A DNA stretch of 63,969 bases, counting the filler, from Olpidium bornovanus S191 (Eukaryota; Fungi; Olpidiomycota), in the NCBI GenBank assembly GCA_017911155.1. It is 31 parts of 31 records of this genome, joined end to end, with 100 filler letters (N's around TTAATTAATTAA, not from the genome) between each part and the next. Parts side by side here need not be neighbours in the genome. Positions count along the whole stretch, not along the records: positions 1 to 7,171 come from JAEFCI010008705.1; positions 7,272 to 8,660 come from JAEFCI010002641.1; positions 8,761 to 10,358 come from JAEFCI010006562.1; positions 10,459 to 11,873 come from JAEFCI010000730.1; 27 more parts are not named here. The stretch is one strand, 5' to 3'. Positions 1-11,414 of the stretch are shown piece by piece (the stretch's first letter is position 1; each line of letters starts with the position of its first letter). The notes under the pieces are model-generated. The model saw nothing but the letters and a program-made list of their open reading frames with translations, was not told the DNA's origin and did no database searches. The position numbers and the translations under genes are program-made.

Positions 1-400
1 CATGCAGATTCTGACACAGCATCCGACGTAAATCTGGTTCAGAATGCAACTCGGATTTGGAAGCAGAATCGGATGCAAAATCAAAGCAGAATATTTGACA
101 AAAAATCTGATGCTGATTCAAATGCAGATATGATGCAAACAAGAAGCCAGATTTAACACATATTTCAATTATATAGCAGATACTGACTAGATTATAATGC
201 AAAATCCAATGCAATTCCAATGCAGAATGGGGAGCAGACTTTGACCTATATTCAAACGTGGAATCTAAAGCAAAATCTGGTGAGCAAGCTAATGCATACT
301 TTGAAATAAATCCTAACATACAATTCGACTAGATTCCGAAGCAGAATCGGACAAAGGATAGGATGCACATCCAACACAGAACCCAAATTAGATTATGAGT
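1..400 (+). repeat. Highly decayed ~12-nt minisatellite (consensus GAT-GCA-GAN-TCT), same family as 51109-51380
   Basis: Units such as gatgctgattca, aatgcagatatg, ggagcagacttt, aaagcaaaatct and gaagcagaatcg recur with ~12-nt spacing; AT-richer than flanking genes. Confidence 0.6.
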
Positions 401-828
401 CAACAAAGGGTGGGGATTTGGACCAGAGACTGTGGAAGTGGCGGAAAGGCCTTAGGGCCAGCGGGAGGCCGGGAAATCCCCTTTCCCTCGCCCGCTCACC
501 CACAACTACCGCTCACGCTCGAAAGCGAAAAGGAACGCCCACCCCGGCTGCCCTCCAGCACAAGCACGTGAGTGGCCAATTCAACGTTTGAATCCGTGAC
601 CTCAACTAAACCCAGCAGGAGCACAGACAGGAGGGCAGGTCATGCAGGTGAGCGAGCAGCCGAAACACTCTTCAGAATAAAAGCAAGTCTCATCTGTGAG
701 CCACGGTGGCCAATTCTTTGTTTATTTGAACGGCGACGTTGAAGCCTGCAGAGTGAATCCAAGAACACCAAGAATTGGCCACTCCCCACAAAGAAACGTC
801 GCCATTAATGGCAAGATCCTGCGTGGTG

Positions 829-1391
829 CCCAAAAAGCGGCATTTAGCAGCTAGAAATCGGACACTACAGTTCATCTGAGGCATCGCCAGACACCGAATC
901 TACTTTGTAAGACCGCACAAGGAAGATGAGGTTTAACCATGTACTCTGACGCTGATTGGGCGGGATGCCGTTAACCGAGGACATCTATCGCGGACTATGT
1001 CATGGTCTACATTGCAGGATCCGTGTCGTGCCACTCCACTCGCTAGAAATGCATGGCAACTTCATCATGTAAGGCCGAATTTGTTGCTCGGTCAGCGGCT
1101 GTGCAGCAAATGCAGTGGACACGCTTTATTGTATACCACATCGGCCCAAGCACCACCGCCGGTCAACAAAACTTCAAGATAAATAACGATTGTGCTGCAG
1201 AAATTTTGCGTTGGATGTGAAGACGTCGCGGTATTTCAAGCACATTGACATCAAGTCCCACCACTTGCGGCATGTGCAATGGACGAATCGCCTGAATTAG
1301 TCACGTCGCCATTGCAGATAACCTGGCTAAGTTCCTTACCAAGCCACTTGACAAAGACATATTCGGCAGGTTCCGTTACGTTCTCGGCATG
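829..1391 (+). mobile_element. Degenerate Ty1/copia pol fragment (RT C-terminus + RNase H), pseudogene
   Basis: Manual translation gives PKKRHLAARNRTLQFI*G, MYSDADWAGC, GSVSCHSTR*KCMATSSCKAEFVA, KHIDIKSHHLR and ADNLAKFLTKPL..FGRFRYVLG. These match the copia motifs YSDADWAG, SW.SKKQ..VALSS.EAEY, KHIDIRYH and ADIFTKPL; stops and frameshifts are present. Confidence 0.85.
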
Positions 1392-1768
1392 CATGCCAAT
1401 CAGAAGGCATTGATGTATGCAATATCGCACGACGCTCCCCTCTATCCATATCCCTGTAAATTTGTTAGAAAATCTGAATCCTACAAAGGGTAAAGTCAAA
1501 TTTTGATTCCAGAAGAATCCGTATGATTTTACGCTTTGTTCGTTACCGCCACGCCTCGAGCTCTGCGTCCGCGCATTCCTCTTGTCTCCCGAACTCGTTT
1601 TTTTTTTCTTACTGCAAATGGAATTTGCAGCCGCGCGCGGCTTTCGTGTTCCCGATGTGTTCTCAGTTTCCTTTTCCTCCCGTTCCGCCGTGCGCCGAGG
1701 ATAAAAATTATGAAAAAAAAAAAAAAAAAAAAAAGAATAACGTTTAACCGCACAACAGCACACTAGCA

Positions 1769-3538
1769 ATGGACGCCGCCGAGGAGGCCAAGCCCGCTGC
1801 GCCGCGCCGCCGCGGCCGCCCGCCCGCGAAGAGGAGGAGCAAGAGGAGGAAGCAGGGGCCCGCGCTCGCCCCGCCGCCGCCGCCGCCCACGCCGCCCACC
1901 GACTGCTCTGCTGTCTCTGCCGCCGTCCTGGGCCCCGCCGCCGCCGCCGCCGCCTTCCCTCCTGCCGCCTCCACCCCGCGGCCCGCCGACGTGGGCGGCG
2001 TTTGCCAGACGGGTACGGAAGGCGACTCGCCTGTCCTGGAACGCTACCTGCGCAACGCCCTCGAGGAGTTTTCCGCGCTGGACGACACGGTCGAGCTCAC
2101 CCTCCACGTACTGTCCTCGCCGTTCGAGCGCGTCGAACGCCTCTTCGCTCTGCCGCCGCATCTGCGCTCAGGGCCGGCCGCGGGTTCCGCGCCCGGCGAC
2201 GATTCCGACGGCGAGACCGTGCGTCGCAGGCGACTGATTGTCGTCGGCGAGATGGTGCGTCCGCCTCCAGAACTGTCATCCGACGGGGCGCCGCTTGCCA
2301 GTGACGGCGCCGACCCGGACGCCGACGCCGACCGGACGAGGGAGGCGTTCCTGTTTGCCCTGTACGCCCACGAGTTCCGCACGTCGCGCCGCCCCGGCGC
2401 CACGCCCGTCACGACGGCATACATCGAGAAGGTGGACACCACTGGCTGCGCGTCCGCCTCCCGCGCCGGGCTCCCCGACGGCAGCAGGGCTCCGGTCGCG
2501 AGCGCGGTCGTGAGCGCGTACGTCCGCTTCCTGGACACGACACTCCCGCGCCTGACCGTGACCGGCGAGATCACGCCGCGAGCGCGGCACTACCTCCACG
2601 TGTTCTCGCGGGCCGCCGGGCAGTACCTGTTCCCGAACTCGGTGAACAACGACGGCAAGCGTGCGCGAGACGGCTCGTCGTTGCTCCGCTGGTGGATCCG
2701 CGCAGTCGACGCCTCGTTCGGCTCCGGCGCCGGAACCCGTCACGCACGTCGCTCCGCGAAGTGGTTCGTGCCGGGAGCGGAGGAGGTGGACGCTGCCCGG
2801 GCGGTGCGCCTGCGCGAGCTTCTTGACGCCGGATACCTCGACTGGCTTTGGGGCTACCCGTACCCGCCTGGCGCCCCCGCGCTGTTTACGCTGCCCTGGT
2901 TCCCCGACGACGCGAAGTGCCGCCAGATGGAGGAGGGAATCCTCGCCGGCCCCGAGACGACCGTTGCCGAGTTTTTCCTCGTGCTCGGCGGCTGCTGCGA
3001 GTTCGCTAACGAGACCGCGGGACTCCTTGCCGTCGAACTGCTGGGTCGCTGGACAGGCGACGACTATGACGCAACCCCTTGCCCACCCGATCCGCGCGGT
3101 GCCGCCGCCCTGCGCGATGCGCTCGAGGTGCACCGACTGGCCGAGTCGTTCCTTCTGGGCGAGGACAGAGATTTCGGGGACCTCGCATCGTCCGTCGTCA
3201 GCTCCGAAGCGTGCTCCGCATACTGGCGCGAGCTCGGCGTCGGCACCCACCAGACGGTCACGATCGAGAAGAAGCCGGGGACCAGAGCCGCGCTGGCCCG
3301 CGCCTGGTCATCCTCCTCCGCCGCCCCGTCGGCGTCGGCGTCGGCCGCCGACGCCGGGCTGAGAGTCGTGAATGACCTGCAAAGCCTGGTGAAGAAGCGC
3401 CCGGCCGCTACGGAGCAGAATTCCCCGCGGACAGTGAACGATCCGCAAAGCCTGGCAAAGGAGCGCCCGACGAGGGGACGGCCCCGGCGTACCGCGGACG
3501 ACCCGGCGAAGCCGCCGCCGCCGCTGCGGACCGGGTGA
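1769..3538 (+). CDS. RTT109: Histone H3K56 acetyltransferase Rtt109 (KAT11), intronless 589 aa
   Basis: Motifs AYIEKVDTTG, LHVFSRAAGQYLFPNS, LLRWW, W.WGYPY and LPWFPDDAKCR (cf. FPDDPK.R); A-rich tract just upstream. Confidence 0.88.
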   Translation: MDAAEEAKPAAPRRRGRPPAKRRSKRRKQGPALAPPPPPPTPPTDCSAVSAAVLGPAAAAAAFPPAASTPRPADVGGVCQTGTEGDSPVLERYLRNALEEFSALDDTVELTLHVLSSPFERVERLFALPPHLRSGPAAGSAPGDDSDGETVRRRRLIVVGEMVRPPPELSSDGAPLASDGADPDADADRTREAFLFALYAHEFRTSRRPGATPVTTAYIEKVDTTGCASASRAGLPDGSRAPVASAVVSAYVRFLDTTLPRLTVTGEITPRARHYLHVFSRAAGQYLFPNSVNNDGKRARDGSSLLRWWIRAVDASFGSGAGTRHARRSAKWFVPGAEEVDAARAVRLRELLDAGYLDWLWGYPYPPGAPALFTLPWFPDDAKCRQMEEGILAGPETTVAEFFLVLGGCCEFANETAGLLAVELLGRWTGDDYDATPCPPDPRGAAALRDALEVHRLAESFLLGEDRDFGDLASSVVSSEACSAYWRELGVGTHQTVTIEKKPGTRAALARAWSSSSAAPSASASAADAGLRVVNDLQSLVKKRPAATEQNSPRTVNDPQSLAKERPTRGRPRRTADDPAKPPPPLRTG

Positions 3539-4600
3539 GCGGGGGTGAACAACAGGCCGGCGGAGCCGCCGCGGGTTGGGCACGCGAAGAAACGGTTAAA
3601 ATTTTTTCTTTTTGGTTGCGTTTTGGCGGCGTCTTTGTTCGCCCTCCTCTTCCCCCCTCCCCATCCCCTTCCCCTCCGGCATTTTTAAGACAGTTATGCG
3701 GCTCTTATGCTTTTTTTTTCGAACTCCGGTGCTGCCTCCTCTTTCCGCCACCCTCTGCCCGATTCGCGAAACACGAAACGGACGACGTGTGGGGGCGTGC
3801 GCGTGTATTGCGCGTGCGTTGGAAATTTTTTTTTTCCCCCGCGCCGACCCGGCCTTTCTTGGATTTCCTGTAAATACATCTCTCTACCCCCGCCTCTTCC
3901 TCATCCCTCCCTTCTTCCCGCATTCCGGTGCGCATCGAGCAGTTAGAGTAGAAAGTGCCCTTACCGCCGGGTGGAGAAAGGGGGCGTGGGGGTTGTCGCA
4001 CGTTTTCCCGACATTCCAACCGACAAGACGCCGTTTGAAATGCTTTTGCGCGAGGTGGTTTTTCCTTTTGTTTGCCGACAACGGCTGGCCATCCGCCCGC
4101 CCTCCGGTGGGTTGGGTGCCCTTTTCGAGTCGGGCTTCTTTCGACGGGGTTTGCAGTAGACGCCTTCGGGCGGAATCTAAACCTGGCCCTGATATTTGCG
4201 GCCGCAGCCCTGCGCTTTCGCATACGCCGCTTTGCGCGACCAGCAAAATCGGTTGTGGGTCGGCGGCTCCAGCAGGCTTCAGCAAAAAACATCCCTCGCC
4301 GCTCGTCCGGGCGCCGCGCCATGCGCGGTTCTAATTTCCTTTCGTTTATTCCGTAGTTCCCCTCCCCCCCTCCCCCCCCTCCTCTCCTCCCCGGTTTGGT
4401 ATGAAACATTTGGTATTGAAGCGGGCTGGAAACTTTTCAGGCGACAAACCTCTCCCTGCTCCCGGACGGCGGTCTCCGGCTCGTGTTAGATTTCAGCTGC
4501 TGGACGCGCTCCGTGTACTCATTTTTTTCCTGGCATTTGGGGGGGGGGGACATCCGGTTAGCACAAGCCGACTCTAACACGCATCTTCCCGAGCGAGTCA

Positions 4601-6547
4601 TTAGGCATCGGTCGGGAACAAGCAGGGAGATTTCAACACGCATCTTCCCGAGCTCTTGCTCTTTCTCTCTATGGCTGGCCCAATGCCCCTCCCCCGCCTC
4701 CTCTCCTCACACAAGGCTTTCGCCGGTGCCGTACGAGAAGTCCCGCTCACCTGGGCCTGTCTTGCCTTGGACCTTTGTATTATAGCGTCCCGCGTGCTCT
4801 CCAGCTGAGGGCTTCGGCCGAACGCCGCGGCTTCGGAGAGTCTCCGCCGGATCCTCTCCTGCAACTCGGCGGCCGACGCGGTCGCGGACATACCAGCGAT
4901 GCGCTCTTGCAACTCGGCCGTCGGCCCGGTCGCGGAGGAGCGCATGACCTGCACGTAGTGTTGGTAGTCCTCGTCGTCTTCGTCGTGGTCGTCGAATTCG
5001 TCCTCGTCGCTGCGGGGCCGGCCGAGCTTTCTCGTTTAGTTGCGCGGGAAAGAAAGCGGCGAAGGCGGCCCCGCCCCGGAGGCGGAAGGAGGAACCTTCC
5101 GTGTTTTGTCGGGAGTCGGAGGAACTCACTCGGCGTCCGCGTCCGAGGCGTCCCCGCCCTCCGCCTGTTTGCGCTCCCTTGCGGATATCAGCTTCGCGTC
5201 CAACCCCTGAAGCTGCGGCAAGCTCCGGATCGCGCGCTGGCGGTATCCCTCCTCCGTCACGCAGGGGTTGCCCTCTAAGTGAAGGAACGTCAAAGTTTTC
5301 GGGCACTGGGCTGGGTTGTTGCCGGCCCGTGATACACCACCACCCGTGAGAAAACTGGCACGCGTTCCAGAGACGCAGGGTTCGCAAAGCAGGTCACCAG
5401 ATACGCTCACCAGGCTCGAAGCACTTGATCAGGTTGTCGGAAACATCGAGCAGGACGAGCCGCCGCAAGGACGTCAGGCCCCGCAGTTCCTCGATGAGGT
5501 TGTTTGCCAGCGTCAGGAACCGCAACTGGGTCAAGCACTCGATGTTTTCGATGTGTCTTATGCTGTTCTACTCGAAAGCAAAAGTCGCGGATGACGCGGA
5601 ATTCAGTTTGCGACGCGGCGATGATGCGGCGGGCTTTTTGCGCCTCACATTATGCAAGTAGAGGTTGGTAACCGGCCCTAGACACTCCAGGTTTTCTATG
5701 TTCTCTATACCGCACCCATCGAGGCGGATGTGTGTTGCCCGAAAGACAGCGGCGATCCTGTCCGGCAGGCGGGTAGACGGCGGAGCTCGGAACTCAGGAT
5801 GCCGCAGAAGGAACTTTTCACAACGTGACGGGGGCCGTACGTTTCCTCAGGAGTTGCCCTGCTGTCCTGCAGCGCGTTCTTCTTGAGGATGGCATCCAGC
5901 GTTATTTTCGTGCGCTTCAGCGCCTCACCGCCCCTCGGGACGTCATGAACTTCGTTCTGTATCCGCTGGGCGACACCTGGGTCTGCAGACAAGATCGTGC
6001 TGTTGCGCTTTCCCGGACGCTTCACGCCGGAGTCTCCGTCACCCTCGTCGTTCGCTGCGAGCGACAGGTGCGCGGGGACGGGGTCTGCCGGAGACCACTT
6101 CAACGCGGCACCGCGCGCCCCGGCTGCCGGCCTGTGGCCCGAGGCCGAACCGGGCCTGCGGGAACTCTGGCCCGAAGGCGCGGCGGGCGGCAGGAACGTC
6201 GGCTTGAGCTCGGCGGACGACGCGGCCGCCAAGTCGTCTGTCGGGCCGGCCGCGCGGAACCTTCTTCCCTTGTGCGCCGAAAGCGGCCGGGGCACGGGCG
6301 CCCCCGCGTCGTCCGCTCCGGAACCGGCGGCGCGGGGCGGCGACCACCGGGCCGCGCGGACTGCCCTGGGCGAGGACGCCGCCGTCCCCGCGCCGGACGG
6401 CGCGCCGCCGCCGCCGCCGCCGGGGCCGGCCGCCGCCGCGTGGGGCGATCCCGGCTGGCGGCGGGGCTGCTTCTGCGGCACCAAGGCGTCCGCGGCGACG
6501 AGCCTCGCCGGCGGGCGCACCGGCGGGAGCTCGGCCCTGGTGGTCAT
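4601..6547 (-). CDS. Leucine-rich repeat protein, LRRC46-like (multi-exon; 3' end approximate)
   Basis: Spliced reading at GT-AG junctions: KRTKITLDAILKKN..IAAVFRATHIRLDGCGIENIENLECLGPVTNLYLHN|NSIRHIENIECLTQLRFLTLANNLIEELRGLTSLRRLVLLDVSDNLIKCFEP|AQCPKTLTFLHLEGNPCVTEEGYRQRAIRSLPQLQGLDAK, then an acidic stretch and a coiled coil. SDS22-type LRRs with an LRRcap, in the order I recall for LRRC46. Confidence 0.75.
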
Positions 6548-7273
6548 CGGGGAAATCGGTCGACTTGAAAGAGCACGTCGTTAGGAGAAGCGTGAGCGCA
6601 GATGGGGACCCAAGATCGTGCAGGACGGAGGTCTGCGTCCGCGATTATTTTTTTTTCCTCTTTTGTTTTTTGCCACATCAGGACGCGTTTCCCCGGCGGC
6701 GCGAACGCGGTTCTGTTTATGTACTATAAATATTAGTACTAGGACGGCAGAACTGGCTTTGGCGCGCGCCGCACACGATATCGACCGTCTCTGATGGTGC
6801 GCGACAGCAAGCCCAGATGTCCTTGCAGGCCGGGAGAGTTCAGCAATCAGCGCCTGCACGCGCGTCTCTGCGGAAAGGGAAGGTGTAAAGACGCTCGGGC
6901 GGGGCGTCGGGCTCCGCACCTCGACGAACGGCCCCTCGAAAACGCTTTTCTTTTTCGCTGATTGATTATTCAGGGGGACGCCTCCCTGTCATTTACCACG
7001 GACGATCGCCCACCGAATCTCGGGTCTACTGCACTTCCCATTTTTTCCCTTTCGTACGACCCTGCGGCACGACTTATCGCGGGGTACGGATTCTCCTGCG
7101 TCGTCGAAATGTGTTCCATCAACGCGGCTGCGAGCATCGGCGAGGGAACTACCCCGGCGAGGACGTCATGGNNNNNNNNNNNNNNNNNNNNNNNNNNNNN
7201 NNNNNNNNNNNNNNNTTAATTAATTAANNNNNNNNNNNNNNNNNNNNNNNNNNNNNNNNNNNNNNNNNNNNCC

Positions 7274-7307
<34 letters not shown>

Positions 7308-7517
7308 CCCCCCCCCCCCCCCCCCCCCCCCCCGGCGCCCGCCCCCTCGAGGTGCGGATTTTCAATTGGGCGCCGAGCCCTCGGAGCCGGCCAATGCGTC
7401 CCGTCGGTAATTGCGGCCCAGGTGGAGGGGGAAGGCTGCCTGGGTCGAATCGGAGATGGACTTCCCCCCCCCTTACCCCCCGGTGCGGCGCGGCGCAGGC
7501 CAAATCGAGTTTGACCT

Positions 7518-8590
7518 TCAGCACGGCAGGTCCCTCGTCCGGCACGTTTCGATCCCGAACCGGGCCGCGAACTCCGCCTGTTCCGCGTCCTCCGTGACCA
7601 GAGTGACGACGGCAGCCTGCCCCGTCGCGTCTTCCTGGCCGCAAGCCCCAGCTTTGCGGCGCCAGAGACAGCAGCTGATGGCGTCCCGCAGGCGTTTCGG
7701 CACTTTGCTGACGTGTTCGAAAGTGAACGGATGGTCCGGCGATGCCGCCGCCGCCGCGTCCAGCGCGCCGGTCGGCGGCAGCAGGAACTCTGCGGCCGCA
7801 GACCACGCGGGCAGCCGCTCGTTGTGGCGCTGCACCCGGAGCATCGTGCGCTTCTGATGCTGCTGCTGCTGGTCCCGTCGTCCGCCGCGGGACGCGGGAG
7901 GGGGCGTGCGGGACGGGCCGCGTTTGCTCAGTGTGTGGTCGAGGTACCGGACGGCCTCTCTGGCGCGGACGTTGACGACGCCTGTGCCCTTCTTCAGGAC
8001 GTCGAGCTCGTCGATAACTGCGAAGGAAAATCCGACACTCAGCTCTCCGGAAGCAGGCTCAAAAATCCGCTTTACGCGAAACAACGGTAAAAAACGACGG
8101 GGCTAAATAGAAAGACGGGGAAAAAAAAAGAAGAAAAGACACAAAAGACTCCCAAATATCGCGTGGACCTACCGTTGAGCAACAAGGTGACGTGGTATTT
8201 GCCGGACGAGAGAATACGCTTCAGGACCGGGAACTGCTCGAGCAAAACCGTCACGTCCACGACGACGTCCCTGGGCTTGACGGCCCCGACTCTCGCCATG
8301 CCGGATACGGACACGTTGCCCAGGTTCTGCTCCAGGTGGCTCACTTGATCCTTCAACAGCTGTTGGGCCATCGCCCGCATTTGCCGCTCGCGATCACGTT
8401 TCTGCCGGATTCGCACGAAACCCGCAGGGAGAAAAAAAAATAAGAAACATATTCCGTATACCCCCAGAGGGAAGAAGGCCCACCAGGCGTCGGCGGACCG
8501 CCGAGCGCTGGTGGCAACAATAACTCGTTATCCCACCTTTGCCTCTTCTTCGACGACGATGAAGCCCGATCCTCTATTTCCGCATTCCTG
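7518..8590 (-). CDS. SMG5/SMG6 (Est1-family) C-terminal PIN domain protein, 5' truncated
   Basis: RERQMRAMAQQLLKDQVSHLEQNL resembles the SMG5 segment M..MAQLRLQLEVSQLEGSL. It is followed by VVVDVTVLLEQFPVLKRILSSGKYHV, VIDELDVLKKG..AREAVRYL, LRVQ, DAISCCL and LVTED; GT-AG intron near 8020-8170. Confidence 0.7.
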
Positions 8591-9398
8591 GAATTTGAAA
8601 GACTAGCCGGGAAGGGGGGTGGGGGGTGGGGGGGGGGGGTGGGGGGCCGGGGGGGGGGGGNNNNNNNNNNNNNNNNNNNNNNNNNNNNNNNNNNNNNNNN
8701 NNNNTTAATTAATTAANNNNNNNNNNNNNNNNNNNNNNNNNNNNNNNNNNNNNNNNNNNNGTCTCAGAGGGGTGGACCGACCTCCTCCTCCGGCCCCAAC
8801 CCTCTGACCTCAACTGGGGGTGGGCGATGGTCGCCGTCGCGCGCTACACACTGCACGGCGACCACTTCCCGCTCTCGGCGGTCCGCCACGCCGTTCAACG
8901 GGCGGCGAACCGTGAGTGGCCGTTGGTCCCTGGCCACGACGATCGACAAAAAGCCTGCCGAGAAGCTCGCCGAGAAGCTCTTCGAGAAGCCTGCCAAGAA
9001 GCAGGTGTCGAGATGGGCGGCCGGCTGACGGCTGCAAGCGGACGCTCCCCCTGGCCGAACCGGGAGGGCCCGTGGGGCTGCGCAAGCGGCAGCGACTCAA
9101 GCCTCCGTAGTCCCCCGCTCCACTCCTCGCCCCCGCCCCTTCCCCCTATAGACTCTGCCATCCGCCCCTGCTACATGAATCCGCCCCTGCTACATGAAAA
9201 ACGCCCGGCGCCACTCCCCGCCCCCGTCCCAACCTGATCCCGCCTTCACCAGTTCCCGCTTTCCCCCACACACGGGGCCTTTGGCCCCGCAAGATGGGTT
9301 CAGATACATACGTGAGGGCCTTCGGCCCTCGCTACAGATTGTACTAAGATAGCGCGTGCCTGGCGGCTGCCACCGGCGCTTGATAATAAAGCGAGTTC

Positions 9399-9521
9399 AA
9401 CCCTAACCCTACCCCTAACCCTAACTTGCTCTACAACTTTTATTAAATGACCAGGGCAAAAAAAATTCCTAACTCGGGAGGGTCCTTGTAACTCTAACCC
9501 AAACCCTAACCCTAACCTTAA
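9399..9521 (+). repeat. Two degenerate interstitial telomere-like (CCCTAA)n tracts
   Basis: aaccctaaccctacccctaaccctaac at 9399-9425 and taactctaacccaaaccctaaccctaaccttaa at 9489-9521. Confidence 0.75.
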
Positions 9522-9870
9522 GACGGTGACTACGGCGCTGCAGCGGCGGCGGCGAAGATCGCGTCGACGTTGCGGCGAAGGCGAAACGCAGCGCCGGCAA
9601 AGGCGGCAGCGGCGAGCGTCTGCGGCTTGGCAAAAACCGGGGGCGGCAGAGCAGAGACGATCAGTTCTTTGGCGGCTGTGAAGGCGGCGGCGAAAGGCGC
9701 GGCTGCGGCCGGAAAACAGTGGCGGTGGCCGGAAAGCGGCGGCGGCGGCCAGAAAGCAGCGGAAAAGCGCAGCGGCGGCGGGGTGGCGGAGCGGCGGCGG
9801 AATGCGGCGCCAGCGAACGCGCAGCGGCGGCAGCGGCGGAGCGCAGCGGCGGCGGAGCGGCGGCGAAGCA

Positions 9871-9954
9871 AGCTCGGGCCGAAGGCGGAGGCGAGCTCGG
9901 GGCCGAAGGCGGAGGCGAGCTCGGGGCCGAAGGCGGGAGGCGAGCTCGGGGCCG
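9871..9954 (+). repeat. ~24-nt tandem repeat, 3.5 copies
   Basis: agctcg(g)ggccgaaggcgg(g)aggcg starts at 9871, 9894, 9918 and 9943 (last copy partial). Confidence 0.85.
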
Positions 9955-10606
9955 TCAGAGTCCCTTTGGGCTCATAACCTGTTGGTTTTTACGTTCCGCC
10001 GCGGATCTAAGGGAATTATTATTCAAGGAATTTTTACGCGTAATGTAGAGTAGACAAACATTCAGGGGTTCTGAGGACCCGCGAAACAAAGGGGAAGGGA
10101 GAAACTTCAACAGTGTACGGGGCATTCTAAAACCAACTCTGAAAAACTACTATGCAAAGCTACTATGCAAAACCAAAGTTCCGGAGCGCACCAGGGAGAC
10201 CCATAGATACCCCGCAGATAGCTGGCATATCCCTTCACCATGTTTCAAGATTTAGAAACGTATGTCTGACATCCAGAGACTCAAATGCTTTGAATCAAAC
10301 CAATTGGCTTCCCTAAAACCTGTCAAGGATGGAAATAACTTATAAGCAATACGATTGANNNNNNNNNNNNNNNNNNNNNNNNNNNNNNNNNNNNNNNNNN
10401 NNTTAATTAATTAANNNNNNNNNNNNNNNNNNNNNNNNNNNNNNNNNNNNNNNNNNNNGCAAGTATGGACAACCAAATGACAAAAGGCGCTGGGCTAGGC
10501 ACGAGAGTTGGATCAGGGTAACTAGGTCTGGGGTGCCCAGACATCCGAATTTCGGCTCCGGAAGCTGTGCGCAGACATGAACATTTGGTAATGAAGAGCG
10601 AATCGT

Positions 10607-11414
10607 TCAACTCGCCTCTGATTGATCCAGGAACGATCGCAATCTTCGGAGCATCTCCGTCTAGCGCGGATCCACGCGTGGCAAAATTACAGGCACGGCA
10701 GCAGTCAGTATTTACCAAATTCAGCGAGGATCCCACAATTTGTGCATTTAGCGCCGAAGCGCCATCCAGAATAATAATAGACGCCAAACCTTTATCGACT
10801 CCGGCACCGTTCCTGTGGTGGAAAGAGGAAATAAATGTTTATGCGGTGAAGCCAGAATCAGAAATATCGCCAGAAACAGAACTTCACGCTCGAAACGTGG
10901 ATTCTCGAGAAGAGCATCATCATAGGAATAAGGTCGAGAGGCACGTACGTCGACCGTATGGAGCAACCTCTACCATGAGACCCTCGACTGTGACCTGGTC
11001 CAGACCTTTGCTGTTGACCACTTCTACATCCAGAAAATTTCCGAGTCAGCACCGATCAACGGATTCAGGTAGTACGTGGGTAACGTTTTTATCCCCTCCA
11101 TGTGTGCTGAGATTCTTCCTCGGCGACCGTACTCCGGTGCTAATTTCAAACGTCAAAATTTCACCTTCAATATGTTTCCTTAAGTTGTCCCTCCAGCCCG
11201 TCTCCGAAAGTCGCAGCCGGAGGAAATCCTTTAACCTTGGAAACGGGTGTTTGGTGTGTGGGGAGGGCGCCTGCCGTCAGTCTGTTTTCAACGGCAGAAG
11301 AGATCTCGCCCTACCATATAAACGCTAAGGCGACCCCAACCTCACCGACCTCTCCTTCTCCCCGGACTCGACTAGTCTTTGGTGTATGGCCGCCCGCAAT
11401 TGCGTCTGGTCCAT
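10607..11414 (-). CDS. SUS1: SAGA/TREX-2 subunit Sus1/ENY2, complete, 5 exons, 95 aa
   Basis: Exons 11414-11350, 11235-11165, 11023-10949, 10812-10790 and 10660-10607 (288 nt, all GT-AG) give MDQTQLRAAIHQRLVESGEKERLKDFLRLRLSETGWRDNLRKHIEEVVNSKGLDQVTVEGLMVEVAPYGRRTVPESIKTEMLRRLRSFLDQSEAS*, collinear with ENY2. Confidence 0.92.

Noticed and set aside
9399-9521. Telomerase RNA template
   Set aside because: There are two tracts of 4-5 degenerate repeats rather than one of about 1.5 repeats, and no pseudoknot or other supporting element was recognised.
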